A stretch of 64,000 nt of DNA, from positions 1-64,000 of IMG/VR virus record IMGVR_UViG_3300029288_000116; one strand, given 5' to 3'. Made by a program: the position numbers and the translations under genes. Within the stretch, counting starts at the first letter, position 1. Every line of letters starts with the position of its first letter. Source of the DNA: a virus. Taxonomy: Duplodnaviria; Caudoviricetes. Under the pieces are notes generated by a model, which saw nothing but the letters and a program-made list of their open reading frames with translations, was not told the DNA's origin and ran no database searches. Positions 1 to 10,184 of this stretch are shown piece after piece.

Positions 1-2
1 AA

Positions 3-212
3 ATAGATTTACAAATTGTTGAAGCAAAGTTATCAACATTAGAACTAGAACCTAATGATATTGTAGTTTTTAAACTAGACCAAAACCTACCGCTACATAT
101 TCTAGAAAAAATTAGACAATACCTAGAAGCTATAATTCCTAATCATAAAATTTTGGTACTCAATGCTGATGTAGAAATGACTATATTAAGAGAGAAAAGA
201 AATGCGGTTTGA
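3..212 (+). CDS. hypothetical protein, 5'-truncated by window edge
   Basis: Open frame from position 3 (IDLQIVEAKLSTLELEPND...) to TGA at 210-212, overlapping the next start. Confidence 0.6.
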   Translation: MDLQIVEAKLSTLELEPNDIVVFKLDQNLPLHILEKIRQYLEAIIPNHKILVLNADVEMTILREKRNAV

Positions 213-1095
213 TGAAGAAAATATAAAAAAATATAATTTTATTCCAATGGCGGATAATAAATTTAGAAGTTTATTAAATGGTATGTCATATAGATATCAT
301 TATGTGTGTTTAGAATGTGGCTATCCTCATTTAAATAGAAAAGTAGTAAGTAATTTTTGTTGTCATAAATGTACAAGGATTAATGAAAATCACAAAATGG
401 TAGGTTCATTAAATCCTATGTTTGGAAAGACCGGAGAAAAAAGCCCAACCTTTGGAAGAAAACATTCAGTAGAGTCTAGATGTTTAATAAGTGAAAATCA
501 CGCAGACGTTAGTAATGAGAAAAATCCTAATTGGAGGGGCGGATACATATCTAGAGATCTTCCTAGATATGATTTATATGCTCCACAACTAGAACCAATT
601 GAAAAATGTGTCCGCGATCCTGAAGACCCAGCACTTTTAAATGTTTTTTGTACTTATAATGGATGTAAAAAACAATTTAGGCCAGCGAGACGAGAAGTCA
701 AAGGCCGATTAAATGGTATTAATTCCGGGCGTGATTGGAATAGATTCTATTGTTCGCCAGAATGTAAACATATATGTCCGTTATTTAAACAAACAGCAGA
801 AAATCTTATGAAGGCAGATGCTATTGCCGCCGGTAGAATTACTTTAAAAAATCTTAGAAACGAAGTTCCAAAATGGATTAGAGACAAGGTCTTAGAGCTA
901 GATGATCATACCTGCCAAATGTGCGGGTCAAAAGATAAGTTACATGTACATCATGAAATTCCTCAGAAAAGAAATCAGATGATGGTAGCCGACATAGAGA
1001 ATTGTGTATCCGTATGTATTCCTTGTCATGTATGGGTGCATACTCAAATTGATGGTTGTAGGTATCATGAATTAGCAAATTTGGAGTTATGTTAA
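202..1095 (+). CDS. HNH homing endonuclease with NUMOD3-like DNA-binding repeats and Zn fingers
   Basis: NPMFGK..GRKHS and NPNWRGG motifs; C-terminal CQMCG..LHVHH..N.VSVCIPCH..VH HNH signature. Confidence 0.85.
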   Translation: MRFDEENIKKYNFIPMADNKFRSLLNGMSYRYHYVCLECGYPHLNRKVVSNFCCHKCTRINENHKMVGSLNPMFGKTGEKSPTFGRKHSVESRCLISENHADVSNEKNPNWRGGYISRDLPRYDLYAPQLEPIEKCVRDPEDPALLNVFCTYNGCKKQFRPARREVKGRLNGINSGRDWNRFYCSPECKHICPLFKQTAENLMKADAIAAGRITLKNLRNEVPKWIRDKVLELDDHTCQMCGSKDKLHVHHEIPQKRNQMMVADIENCVSVCIPCHVWVHTQIDGCRYHELANLELC

Positions 1096-1113
1096 AATAT
1101 AAAGGAGAAAAAT

Positions 1114-1725
1114 ATGGTTTTCGATCACATTAACAAATCGCTTGGAACAGAAACGTTAACTTTTATTGAACCTTCAGGTATAGAACCTATTCTAAATACA
1201 ATAAGAGAATATAATCCACAACTTATAGTGGAGATGGGCACCTTCATGGGTGGTCTGAGTAAATATTTCGTAGAACGGTTCCCAAAAATTCCAGTATTCA
1301 CATTTGATGCTTGGTGGCTTATTAGTCCTGAGGATGCTAAAATCTTCAGAGAAGCTAATGTATCGGTGGTTATTGGTAATGCCTATAAGAATAACCTTAT
1401 TATTCCATATCTTTTACAATTGCCTACTAAAAAGGTGTTTGTTTGCGACGGCGGGTGTAAAATTACAGATTTTAAGGAATTTGCAGGATATTTAAGAGCC
1501 GGGGACTTACTTTTTATACACGATTGGACGAACGGGTCTTATGGAAAAATTATAGAACCTTTACTCTGGAACTTCGACCCCCACCCAATAAATAAAGTAT
1601 TTGATGAAGCCCCAGATCCGTTCATTAGTGACGCTAGATTCTTTATTCGTAAATCTCATCCAATGGAACTTAAAGCCCCGAATGATATAGGCGGTGTGCT
1701 TGTTAACCAACAGAGGGTAGGGTAA
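1114..1725 (+). CDS. class I SAM-dependent methyltransferase (Methyltransf_24/CmcI-like)
   Basis: IVEMGTFMGG motif I, FVCDGG, LRAGDLLFIHDW. Confidence 0.8.
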   Translation: MVFDHINKSLGTETLTFIEPSGIEPILNTIREYNPQLIVEMGTFMGGLSKYFVERFPKIPVFTFDAWWLISPEDAKIFREANVSVVIGNAYKNNLIIPYLLQLPTKKVFVCDGGCKITDFKEFAGYLRAGDLLFIHDWTNGSYGKIIEPLLWNFDPHPINKVFDEAPDPFISDARFFIRKSHPMELKAPNDIGGVLVNQQRVG

Positions 1726-1730
1726 AGTAA

Positions 1731-2420
1731 ATGCAAACTATAACGTTAATGGTAGATTCGGCCTCTAGGCCAGATCTACTTAAAATTACGGTAGAAAGCC
1801 TTAGAAAAAATCTAAAATGTTCTAGTCCGATAAGATGGATGTTTCATGAGGCTGTGCTTAACGAAGACCTTTCAAACCAATGTCTAGAGTACATTAACAG
1901 TTTAGGTATGTTTGAAGTTATCCACAAACAGCATAATCCTCAGGGAGAAATGGTATCGATCGGCACTATGCTAGAGAAAGTAAATTCTCCGTATTTTATT
2001 CATTTTGAGGACGATCATGAACTAGTCAGAGAACTTGATCTAGATCTTTGTGTCGATATATTTGAGAAGTGCCCTAAGGTTAATCAAATAGCTTTTAACA
2101 AAAGACAGACAATGTCTGATGTGTCTGGATGGAATAAGAAAGAGGTAGAATATGAAGGCTATAAACTAACTACCTCACCACATTGGCGCATCTCTCCGGC
2201 CATATGGAGGATGTCTTGGATCAAACCTAGGTGGAAAAGCGTCAAGGGAAATAATGGTCATTGGCTCATGAATGATATTTTGCAACAAGCCTGGAAAGGT
2301 CGTCCAGAAACTAAGACAGCCGATTCGGTTATTGAGGTATTAGGAACATTTTATCTTGGGCCTATTGGCGAACACGCATATGTTGAGCATCTTGGTAGAT
2401 ATAGGAGCGGAAGAGTATAA
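1731..2420 (+). CDS. GT-A fold (GT2-like) glycosyltransferase
   Basis: SASRPDLL N-terminal motif, YFIHFEDD metal-binding motif, C-terminal VEHLG; paralog of 2983..3693. Confidence 0.75.
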   Translation: MQTITLMVDSASRPDLLKITVESLRKNLKCSSPIRWMFHEAVLNEDLSNQCLEYINSLGMFEVIHKQHNPQGEMVSIGTMLEKVNSPYFIHFEDDHELVRELDLDLCVDIFEKCPKVNQIAFNKRQTMSDVSGWNKKEVEYEGYKLTTSPHWRISPAIWRMSWIKPRWKSVKGNNGHWLMNDILQQAWKGRPETKTADSVIEVLGTFYLGPIGEHAYVEHLGRYRSGRV

Positions 2421-2986
2421 TGAAACTACATGTAGCATGCGGTGAAGTGTATCTTAAGGGCTATGTTAACATAGACATTCAGGGATTTGTTAGACAAGAA
2501 AATGCTTGGAAAGACCCTAATGAAACAACCTTTGACAATTATTATACAAAACCCTTAGATTTTACGCCTAAGGATACCAGGGCAAATTTTGTTATAGATG
2601 AGCGAGTAAACATTTTGTTACCGTGGAAATGGAAAGATAATACTATAGATGAAGTTGTTATGATACAGGCCATGGAACATTTTACATATTTTGATGGGTG
2701 TTATATAGTAAAAGAAATTCATAGAGTATTAAAGCCCGGTGGGAAATTTGTTTTTGATTTTCCTGACATTATAGAAACGTTTAATCAATACGCTAATGAT
2801 TTTGATAAGCTAATTCGCCTTTTATACTGCCACTATCGCGACGTTTTTGCCGCGCATAAAATAGGTTATAATGAAGAAACTTTCACAAGATTATTAAAAC
2901 TGGAAAATAGAACTTGGTCCTCTATAGAATTTAAAGAGGTTGTAAAACATGCTTATCCAACTATTGGCGGGGTTGCTGTAAAATGA
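2420..2986 (+). CDS. class I SAM methyltransferase (Methyltransf_11-like, glycan-locus type)
   Basis: KLHVACG..YLKGYVNID, EHF, EIHRVLKPGG..PD. Confidence 0.85.
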   Translation: MKLHVACGEVYLKGYVNIDIQGFVRQENAWKDPNETTFDNYYTKPLDFTPKDTRANFVIDERVNILLPWKWKDNTIDEVVMIQAMEHFTYFDGCYIVKEIHRVLKPGGKFVFDFPDIIETFNQYANDFDKLIRLLYCHYRDVFAAHKIGYNEETFTRLLKLENRTWSSIEFKEVVKHAYPTIGGVAVK

Positions 2987-3693
2987 TAGATATTGATGTA
3001 GTACGTACTTCTGCTTCACGCCCAGAGTTGTTAAAGATCTCAACAGAATCTATTAAGAAAAATCTTAAATACTCTGGAAAACTTAGGTTTCTTCTTCATG
3101 AAGATAAACTAAATGAAAAAGCCTCTGCCGAAGTTATGGAATATGCTCATTCTTGCGGGTTATATGATGTTATTAGACAAGACGAAGCCCCAATGATAGG
3201 GCATAAGAGATCTTTTCTATGGTTGTTCAGCCAGACTATAACAAAATATGTAATTCATTTTGAAGACGATTATGAGTTGATTAAGGAACTTGACCTAGAT
3301 CCTATAGTTAATCTTATGGAAAAGTACCCAGATAGAATCAATCAAATATGCTTTAGTAAAAGAGACATATTACCAGACAAGCCGGGTTTTGTAAAGCACA
3401 CAGAATATTTTGACGGAATTCCTTTAACCACTTCCCAACATTGGATGATGGTTCCTTCAATATGGAGAATGTCTTTTGCTAAAAAAGGAATAGACGGAAT
3501 CCTTAACTATAAAGTACATGATTTCCATTGGGAACTGAACAAACTTCTGAAGGGTAGAAATGTGATTAACAATGCTGAGTGGGTACTTAGGAATACTAAA
3601 ACTTTTTACTATGGAAAAGTACGAGAAGGAAAATTAGTAGAGCATATAGGCAAAATTGACAAATCTGTACGAGAAAAAACTTACAAATGGTAG
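2983..3693 (+). CDS. GT-A fold (GT2-like) glycosyltransferase
   Basis: TSASRPELL, YVIHFEDDY, VEHIG; paralog of 1731..2420. Confidence 0.75.
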   Translation: MIDIDVVRTSASRPELLKISTESIKKNLKYSGKLRFLLHEDKLNEKASAEVMEYAHSCGLYDVIRQDEAPMIGHKRSFLWLFSQTITKYVIHFEDDYELIKELDLDPIVNLMEKYPDRINQICFSKRDILPDKPGFVKHTEYFDGIPLTTSQHWMMVPSIWRMSFAKKGIDGILNYKVHDFHWELNKLLKGRNVINNAEWVLRNTKTFYYGKVREGKLVEHIGKIDKSVREKTYKW

Positions 3694-3731
3694 GTTTACT
3701 TTGTTACTATAGTTTGTTATAATAAACTAAA
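3694..3731 (+). promoter_or_regulatory. T4-early-type sigma70 promoter (GTTTAC -35, extended TG-TATAAT -10)
   Basis: GTTTACT-17 nt-TATAAT-AAACTAAA immediately after a stop codon. Confidence 0.75.
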
Positions 3732-3788
3732 TTAGGCCAGCCCCTTAATCCATTGGGAAGATAGTAGCAGCCAAAAAAGGAGAACCAA

Positions 3789-4016
3789 ATGGGAAGAGGG
3801 TGTTTATGTTCAGAGGGGCGTATTATTCTTACTACTGACGTTACTAGTGGTAGGTCAGACCGAGAATCTTCTTATCGAGCAGATAGGCAATCATTAGAAG
3901 ATATCCCTAAACATTATTGCTTTACTGATAGTAAAATAGTGGATGAAGATATTCCTAAAGGTAAGTGTATTCGTAGGTGTAATGTTTGCGGGAAAATTTT
4001 TGATTCTGAAAAATAG
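3789..4016 (+). CDS. small Cys-containing hypothetical protein
   Basis: AAGGAG RBS; CxC and CNVCG motifs. Confidence 0.6.
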   Translation: MGRGCLCSEGRIILTTDVTSGRSDRESSYRADRQSLEDIPKHYCFTDSKIVDEDIPKGKCIRRCNVCGKIFDSEK

Positions 4017-4070
4017 AGATTGCAAGAGAATAAAAGGGAATTATATACTTAACTCCCGAAAGGAAAGAAA

Positions 4071-4610
4071 ATGATCTGGTTCACAGCCGACTATCACTTA
4101 TCTCATAAGAATATTATCACCTACTGCAATAGGCCTTTTTCCTCGATTAAGGAAATGGACAACTTAATACTAGACAATCTAAAGTCTAGTATTAAGCCCG
4201 GAGATGATATATATTTCCTCGGAGATCTATCATTTAATCTAGAGGCTGCCAGAGAGTTTTTGTCTATAGTAAAGAAATGTAATCTGACTTTTATTAAAGG
4301 AAACCATGATAAAAGTCAAGTTTTACAAGAATTGAGAAACCACAAAATTCCGATATACGGGCTCAAGACTATAACCTTTAAAGATCAACCTATAGTTCTT
4401 TGCCACTATAGCCTTCGGGTCTGGGATCGAAGTCATTTTAATAGTTGGCAACTTTACGCACACAGTCACGGAACCTTGCCTCCGATAGGAAAAGCATATG
4501 ATGTGGGAGTAGATAATAACAACTTTGAGCCCGTTTCTATAGTAGATCTTTTTAAGATAATGGAAAATAGTCCTAATAATTTTAATTACATAGAGAGGGG
4601 GCGAATATGA
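4071..4610 (+). CDS. calcineurin-like metallophosphoesterase
   Basis: DYH, LGD, GNHD, CHY, HSH motifs and the DVGVD C-terminus. Confidence 0.9.
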   Translation: MIWFTADYHLSHKNIITYCNRPFSSIKEMDNLILDNLKSSIKPGDDIYFLGDLSFNLEAAREFLSIVKKCNLTFIKGNHDKSQVLQELRNHKIPIYGLKTITFKDQPIVLCHYSLRVWDRSHFNSWQLYAHSHGTLPPIGKAYDVGVDNNNFEPVSIVDLFKIMENSPNNFNYIERGRI

Positions 4611-4921
4611 GTTTATTTCTATTTTGCGCAGCTATGGTTGTATTCTTCGAGATGGGGTTTGTTACTTCATCTTTATTTGCAATGAACAGATTAGATGATA
4701 GAAAAACCGCCAAAATTTATTTAACTGAACTTTTCCTAACTGTGGCCCCTCAATGCACTCCCGGAGACAGTTTAGTAGATCTTGTTGCGCAAATAGACAA
4801 CTATATAGCTGGGCAGAATGATAAAATAAAAAAATTGAAAGAAGAATATATTGAATTGAAAGAAGAATATAATGAGCTCGAATCTTTTTTGGAAAGGCTG
4901 AAGGAAGAGGAGGAACTGTAA
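4607..4921 (+). CDS. hypothetical membrane-anchored coiled-coil protein
   Basis: N-terminal hydrophobic helix; C-terminal E/K-rich heptads. Confidence 0.6.
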   Translation: MSLFLFCAAMVVFFEMGFVTSSLFAMNRLDDRKTAKIYLTELFLTVAPQCTPGDSLVDLVAQIDNYIAGQNDKIKKLKEEYIELKEEYNELESFLERLKEEEEL

Positions 4922-5172
4922 TGCCGACGGGTCAATGCTGTAGAAAATTCCATGTGTGCTAAAGTTGTGGATTAAATAATGGTTGGGAATATGTATATTG
5001 TTGTGAAGAACATTGGAAACAAAGTAAAGAATATAAAAAGTGGAGAACAAAATTTAGAGCTCTGTACAAAACCATAAATTCTATACAACAAATGTTTCTT
5101 ATGGAATTTTTAACTGAGATGGATTCTGATTATGAAAATGAACTTTATGATTGGGTATGGAGAGTTAACTAA
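4921..5172 (+). pseudogene. Cys-rich small ORF interrupted by an in-frame TAA at 4960-4962
   Basis: MPTGQCCRKFHVC*SCG...WRVN; fills the gap between neighbours exactly (TAATG overlap at 4919-4923; stop abuts the ATG at 5173). Confidence 0.55.
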
Positions 5173-5838
5173 ATGTTAAGATATATATTTAAATGTGCCG
5201 ACAGTTATTGTACAGGATTATCGCCCTTTTATTTAATGATTTACAGCATTGTAGTGGGCCTTGAAACAAAGTCCGCGTTTGAATTCGGGGCCGGGTGGAG
5301 CACGCGGGTAATTCTTGATGCGTTAAAAGGAACTGGTGGACATTTATATTCTATAAGCACAGATTCTCAGAAAGACGTAATGATAAAAACCGAAATGATT
5401 TCTGGAAATCCAATAGGTCCTGGGGTACATGATGTAGAGCAATACTATAGTGAGTATTCAGAAAACTGGACTCATTGTCAGGGCAAATCTGAAACGTATC
5501 TTAAAAACCTAAGAACTCAGAATATAAAAGAACCTTTTGGCTTTGTATTGCATGATGGTTCACATACCGAAGAAGTGGTATATAATGATTTAGTTTTTAT
5601 ACTCCAAAAAATGAAATATAACTCTGTTTTACTTGTTCATGATGTTCTTCATTCTCATTGTGGTAAAGGAATGAGAAATGCTGTAGATAAAGCATTGAAG
5701 CCTTATGAGTATGAAATTGCAACTTTACCATACGGTTTTGGTTTAAGTATCATAGTTCTTAAAGATAATAAGCATAATGGAATTGTGGAAATAAAAAGAC
5801 ATAAACCTACTAGCCAATTTTTAACGGAGGTCTTATGA
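5173..5838 (+). CDS. class I SAM methyltransferase (Methyltransf_24-like)
   Basis: FEFGAGWST, VLHDGSH, LLVHD, YGFGL. Confidence 0.85.
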   Translation: MLRYIFKCADSYCTGLSPFYLMIYSIVVGLETKSAFEFGAGWSTRVILDALKGTGGHLYSISTDSQKDVMIKTEMISGNPIGPGVHDVEQYYSEYSENWTHCQGKSETYLKNLRTQNIKEPFGFVLHDGSHTEEVVYNDLVFILQKMKYNSVLLVHDVLHSHCGKGMRNAVDKALKPYEYEIATLPYGFGLSIIVLKDNKHNGIVEIKRHKPTSQFLTEVL

Positions 5839-6108
5839 CCCTTGTATCTGTGTGGATAGCAATTTTCATATTATTGTTTTTTGTCAATAGGATACAAGCT
5901 GGGGATTATGATTTTACTCCAGCCTTTCTGAGCGCGGTTCTTATGTTAGTGGGCATAGTATTTACTGCCAGTTGGCTAATCAGGGGGTGCGTGGGATAAT
6001 GGATAGAAAATTTACTAAAGAAGAAATAGACAATTTTAAAAAATTCCAAGAACAGATGATTAAAGAGGGACTCATAGTTAGAAAAGAGATAAATAAAGAG
6101 GTTGCCAC

Positions 6109-6327
6109 ATGCAAATAGATGGCAAAGTAGAACAAATTAAAAGGTATAAAATTGTAGGGCCACATTGTTGTGATGAAATGGGTTATCTTTTAAGATCCTC
6201 GTCCTTTAATTCTAAATCTGGTGCTATAATGGTCGGAGCTGATTTCTCTGTTGGTATAAAATATCTGGAAATAAGATTTTGCCCTTTTTGTGGAGAAAAA
6301 ATAACATATAGTGAGACATATCAATGA
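6109..6327 (+). CDS. small Zn-binding hypothetical protein
   Basis: CCDEM ... FCPFCG motif; GAGG RBS. Confidence 0.65.
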   Translation: MQIDGKVEQIKRYKIVGPHCCDEMGYLLRSSSFNSKSGAIMVGADFSVGIKYLEIRFCPFCGEKITYSETYQ

Positions 6328-7271
6328 GGCAGTATAGAATCGCGGTTCTAGGTAAATGGGAAACATACATCTCATATTTTTTGATGGGTAGTCTTCAGGG
6401 GGCGTTCCTTAATGGTGGACTCGGAATTCCTATATCTATAGAAAAGAATTCACCCAATGAAATTTGGAATCAATTAAATTTCTTTAAACCTCATGCGGTC
6501 CTCGCTCATACGATTTTTGACAGACGACCAAATATTGGAGAGCTATTCGAAGTCTTCAGGAAATATAGAAGACATGGTGGTAAGGTTTTCTATCATGCAG
6601 GAGACGCTAGAACTGAACCCAGATATCCTAAAGCCATTAATGATATAGTAGATTATGTTCTATTGAATCATTGGCCTATGATACCTGCCTACAATGTCTG
6701 GAAGATCCCCACAATCCACTGGCCGTATGCAGCGTTGGCCCAGGAAGAAATTGCAAAACCTTCAGCTCTATATGTTTGCGACCTAGGATTTGCTGGAAGT
6801 TTGGAAAATAATCAGCATCACGCACCTAGGGCCAAGTTTATTCAAGCACTCAAGTCTAAAGTTTCTATTAAAATCTTTCCTACTCCAGAAACCGGTAATA
6901 CAAGATTTCAAACTCCAGAATTTGCGGCTTCAGCTAAAGGCTGTCTTGGTTTTCAAATGGGGTTGAATATGCCCCTCTATCAGGATGTTCGGCCTTTTCA
7001 ACTCTGTGGGGCGGGAGCCTTATATTTTCATGATAAACACCCTTCTATGGACAAATTTTTTAAAGATGGAATTCATTATGTCGGCTTTGAAAGAGATAAT
7101 GTAGAAGATTTCTATAATAAATGGACATATTATCTTAATAACCCTGAAGAGGCTAATAAAATCAGGAAAGAAGCTTTTAGGTACTGTCAGGAACATCATA
7201 GTTACAAAGAAAGAATGCGAGGAATAATAAATATACTTGAGGGTAAAGAGTATAAGCTTCACTACATTTAG
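6324..7271 (+). CDS. GT-B glycosyltransferase, CgeB/Glyco_trans_1_2-like
   Basis: DLGFAGS, RPFQLCGAGALY, F.DG.HY, YL.NPEE...IR..A......HSY.ERM C-terminal signature. Confidence 0.85.
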   Translation: MRQYRIAVLGKWETYISYFLMGSLQGAFLNGGLGIPISIEKNSPNEIWNQLNFFKPHAVLAHTIFDRRPNIGELFEVFRKYRRHGGKVFYHAGDARTEPRYPKAINDIVDYVLLNHWPMIPAYNVWKIPTIHWPYAALAQEEIAKPSALYVCDLGFAGSLENNQHHAPRAKFIQALKSKVSIKIFPTPETGNTRFQTPEFAASAKGCLGFQMGLNMPLYQDVRPFQLCGAGALYFHDKHPSMDKFFKDGIHYVGFERDNVEDFYNKWTYYLNNPEEANKIRKEAFRYCQEHHSYKERMRGIINILEGKEYKLHYI

Positions 7272-7366
7272 GTAGAACTTCGGAGACCTTTGGCTCCGAC
7301 TACACACTATGCCGACTTTAAACACTTAAGACCTTACTTTTAGTCGGAAGTAAGAAAGGAAATGTT

Positions 7367-8227
7367 ATGGTTTACAGCAAAAAAATGATAGTCGTGTTAA
7401 AAGTAGATGGTCACATTTTACGGGAATTTAACCACGAGAATCTTTCAGAATTTGAGTCTGAATGTTCTTTGCTCTTACCATTTGGTACAGAGTATTCGTT
7501 AATGTTCAAAAATCTGGAATCTAGAGCGGCAAAGTTAAGAGTCTGGATTGATGGAGAAGATGCACTTGGCGGCAACGCTATTTTGGTACATCCAAACAGA
7601 TCTGTTGATTTAGACGGGTTTATGAATAGTTTCGGTAAAGTTACTAACCGATTCAAATTTATTCAGAAAACTGAACAAATTGTAGAACATCGCGGCGATA
7701 GAATAGATGATGGAATGATAAAAGTAGAATGGACCTTTGAGAAACCTAAACCTATTCAAGTTGATGTTTTTCAAAAAAACTACTATGACTGGACTTGGGT
7801 AGAACCTATCAAGTACTATCCATATTGTCCTCCGTATTCTCCTACTGTTACGTATGGAAATAGTTCAAATTTGCAAAGTAGAAATATTGGAGAAGCTTCT
7901 AATATTTCTTACAGAGCAGTAGCCGGCGCATCAATAACAAACTGTTGTTCTAATGATGTACCAGTAGCCTCTTGCGGCCCACTACCAGATGAAGGAATAA
8001 CCGTTAAGGGTTCTGAGGCAAATCAATCTTTTGTTAACGGATACATTGGAGAACTTGAACCCAATTCCCATGTAATTATCATAAGATTAAAAGGAACATT
8101 TAAGACTTCACAAGTAAAAGTTCCTATAGAAGTAAAAACAAAAATACAATGTACTACCTGTGGTAATAGCGTAAAGTCTGGAAATAAATTTTGTCCAAAC
8201 TGTGGGACATGTTGCGTAGAAATTTAG
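7367..8227 (+). CDS. phage hypothetical protein with C-terminal zinc ribbon
   Basis: LPFGTEYSL.KNL, IDGED, NRFKFI N-terminal domain; CTTCG...KFCPNCG zinc ribbon. Confidence 0.75.
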   Translation: MVYSKKMIVVLKVDGHILREFNHENLSEFESECSLLLPFGTEYSLMFKNLESRAAKLRVWIDGEDALGGNAILVHPNRSVDLDGFMNSFGKVTNRFKFIQKTEQIVEHRGDRIDDGMIKVEWTFEKPKPIQVDVFQKNYYDWTWVEPIKYYPYCPPYSPTVTYGNSSNLQSRNIGEASNISYRAVAGASITNCCSNDVPVASCGPLPDEGITVKGSEANQSFVNGYIGELEPNSHVIIIRLKGTFKTSQVKVPIEVKTKIQCTTCGNSVKSGNKFCPNCGTCCVEI

Positions 8228-8249
8228 AAGTTTAGGATCTTAAACAACT

Positions 8250-8282
8250 AGAGGAGGGTAGAAGATTTTGCCCTCCTCTTTA
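8250..8282 (+). terminator. intrinsic terminator hairpin
   Basis: AGAGGAGGGTA / TGCCCTCCTCT stem followed by a short T run. Confidence 0.7.
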
Positions 8283-8298
8283 ATAAGGAAATTTAACT

Positions 8299-9324
8299 TT
8301 GCCAAAACAATTAAGGATTATTACATTAGGCGACTTTAAACAATACTATTCTTGGTATCTTGCTGGAACTATACAAGGATCCATTCTTAATGGTCATCTT
8401 CATTACTCAGTTCCGATAAGACAAAAGCCTGTAGTTATAGAAGAACAAATCAATTTCTTCAAACCTCATGTACTATTCTGTCATATGATCTTTAGTGAAC
8501 ACCTAGTAGATGCTGAAGGCAAAACATATGAAAGAGAATCATTACATGAGGTGTTGTCTAGGGCTAGAAGAAAGTGGGGTACAAAGATCGTATATCAAGA
8601 AGGAGATGCAAAAAACAGTCCTAGATATTCATATCCTATAACCGATCTTATTGATTTAGGCCTAATAAACAGCCAACTTAACGAAAAATACTCTGAATTA
8701 ATGAAAACAAAATTTATTCACTTTCCTTATTTTGCTTTATATCAAAATGAAATAGAAACGCCTGATAATATATTTAGAACCCAAATGAGCTTCGCTGGAA
8801 ATACTTCACCTAGAAAAGATGGGCATTTACACTCCGGAAGATATGAATTTATAGAAAAACTTAAACATAAATTAGAAATGAAAATTTACCCAGATAAAAA
8901 TATTGGTAATTCTAAATTTTGTACAGCTCAATTAGCAGCAAGTTCTAGTTCTGTTTTAGGAATTCATCAAGGATTTAAAATTCCTGGATATTTAGACACT
9001 AGACCGTGGATGTATTGCGGGGCAGGTGGCCTTTATTTTCATGATGAGGCACCAGCAATGGATCTATTTTTTGAAGATAAAGTTCATTATATTAAGTATA
9101 ATAGGTTTGATGTTGGGGACGTCTACAATAAATATATGCACTACATGAGTGAGAACAGAGAGGCTGGAGACCAAATAAGAAAAGAGGCTTTTAGATATTG
9201 TCAAGCATATCATACATCTAAACATAGAATCAAAGCAGTTTTGGATGTTTTAGAGAACGGTGGAGATAGAATTCCTGGACTATATTTAAAAAATATAAAG
9301 GAGCTAGGTTATGTCCCAGAATAA
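8299..9324 (+). CDS. GT-B glycosyltransferase, CgeB/Glyco_trans_1_2-like
   Basis: Paralog of 6324..7271 (NFFKPH, GDA..PRY, FAG, RP...CGAG.LYFHD, IRKEAFRYCQ..H). Confidence 0.85.
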   Translation: MPKQLRIITLGDFKQYYSWYLAGTIQGSILNGHLHYSVPIRQKPVVIEEQINFFKPHVLFCHMIFSEHLVDAEGKTYERESLHEVLSRARRKWGTKIVYQEGDAKNSPRYSYPITDLIDLGLINSQLNEKYSELMKTKFIHFPYFALYQNEIETPDNIFRTQMSFAGNTSPRKDGHLHSGRYEFIEKLKHKLEMKIYPDKNIGNSKFCTAQLAASSSSVLGIHQGFKIPGYLDTRPWMYCGAGGLYFHDEAPAMDLFFEDKVHYIKYNRFDVGDVYNKYMHYMSENREAGDQIRKEAFRYCQAYHTSKHRIKAVLDVLENGGDRIPGLYLKNIKELGYVPE

Positions 9325-9542
9325 AGAGATTTGCAAAAATTGTAACTGGTTTAAAAATGGTCGGTGTCATAAGAATCCTAAGATTGAGGGGAAATCTCCT
9401 GATGATTTTTGTTCTTATTGGGAACCTAAGGTGTTAAACGAAAAATTATGGTATTATTAGAAAATTGGATACTTAGCTATACTAATGATATTGTGGTCAT
9501 TTTCTATTATATTTCAAAATCTGTGTTTTAAATAGTGTTGTT

Positions 9543-10181
9543 ATGAAAGTAAAGTTGTTTGATGAATTAATTATTCATGATAATTATGTGAGAATAGACG
9601 GAAAGCCGCTTGAGTCTATTCTTGGTAAACACTGCGTATGGGTAGCCGCCCTCGAACTAAAAATTATACTTTCGTTTCAGGGCTATATTGAAAGTACTGC
9701 ATGGCAGCGCGGAAGAAAAGCTAAAGAAATTAGAGAGCTGAATCTAAATGCTGATACTCCAGGGTTTACGATGGAGAGTCTATATAGTATAGCAAATGAA
9801 ACCAGAATCCTACAGATTTTAGCCGAAAAAAATATGTCTCCGTCTTCTAGGGGATATGCCTATTTCAAAACCGCTATGTCCACTATTTTTACAAAAGAAT
9901 TATATACAGATAAGAAGGGTATGTTTGGGTATTATATACAAGATGCAAATAAACTAAGTCGAGGACAATATAACTTTGAGAAATTTAAAGAAGGGTTTTT
10001 AGATACTGGAAGAATTAAAGCAAATTCTGGGGCTATAGGCGATCTAGGAAAAAAAGCCGGGAATCTTGTTAATGGGTACTTAGTTGACGTAAGACGCACA
10101 CGTGAGTATATGATGCAATTTAATGGTCAATTAGATATTGATCCGCTATTAAGAACTTTAAACGTATTTAATAGGACGTAA
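9543..10181 (+). CDS. protein-kinase-like fold protein (putative sugar/glycan kinase)
   Basis: GKH (Gly-loop-like), LKI (beta3 Lys), NETRILQIL (alphaC Glu), GDLGKKAGN (catalytic loop), YLVD (DFG-like). Confidence 0.5.
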   Translation: MKVKLFDELIIHDNYVRIDGKPLESILGKHCVWVAALELKIILSFQGYIESTAWQRGRKAKEIRELNLNADTPGFTMESLYSIANETRILQILAEKNMSPSSRGYAYFKTAMSTIFTKELYTDKKGMFGYYIQDANKLSRGQYNFEKFKEGFLDTGRIKANSGAIGDLGKKAGNLVNGYLVDVRRTREYMMQFNGQLDIDPLLRTLNVFNRT

Positions 10182-10184
10182 TAT

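Noticed and set aside
3724-3788. Riboswitch in the leader after the 3694 promoter
   Set aside because: Only weak pairing is visible and I recognise no aptamer consensus; an Rfam scan would be needed
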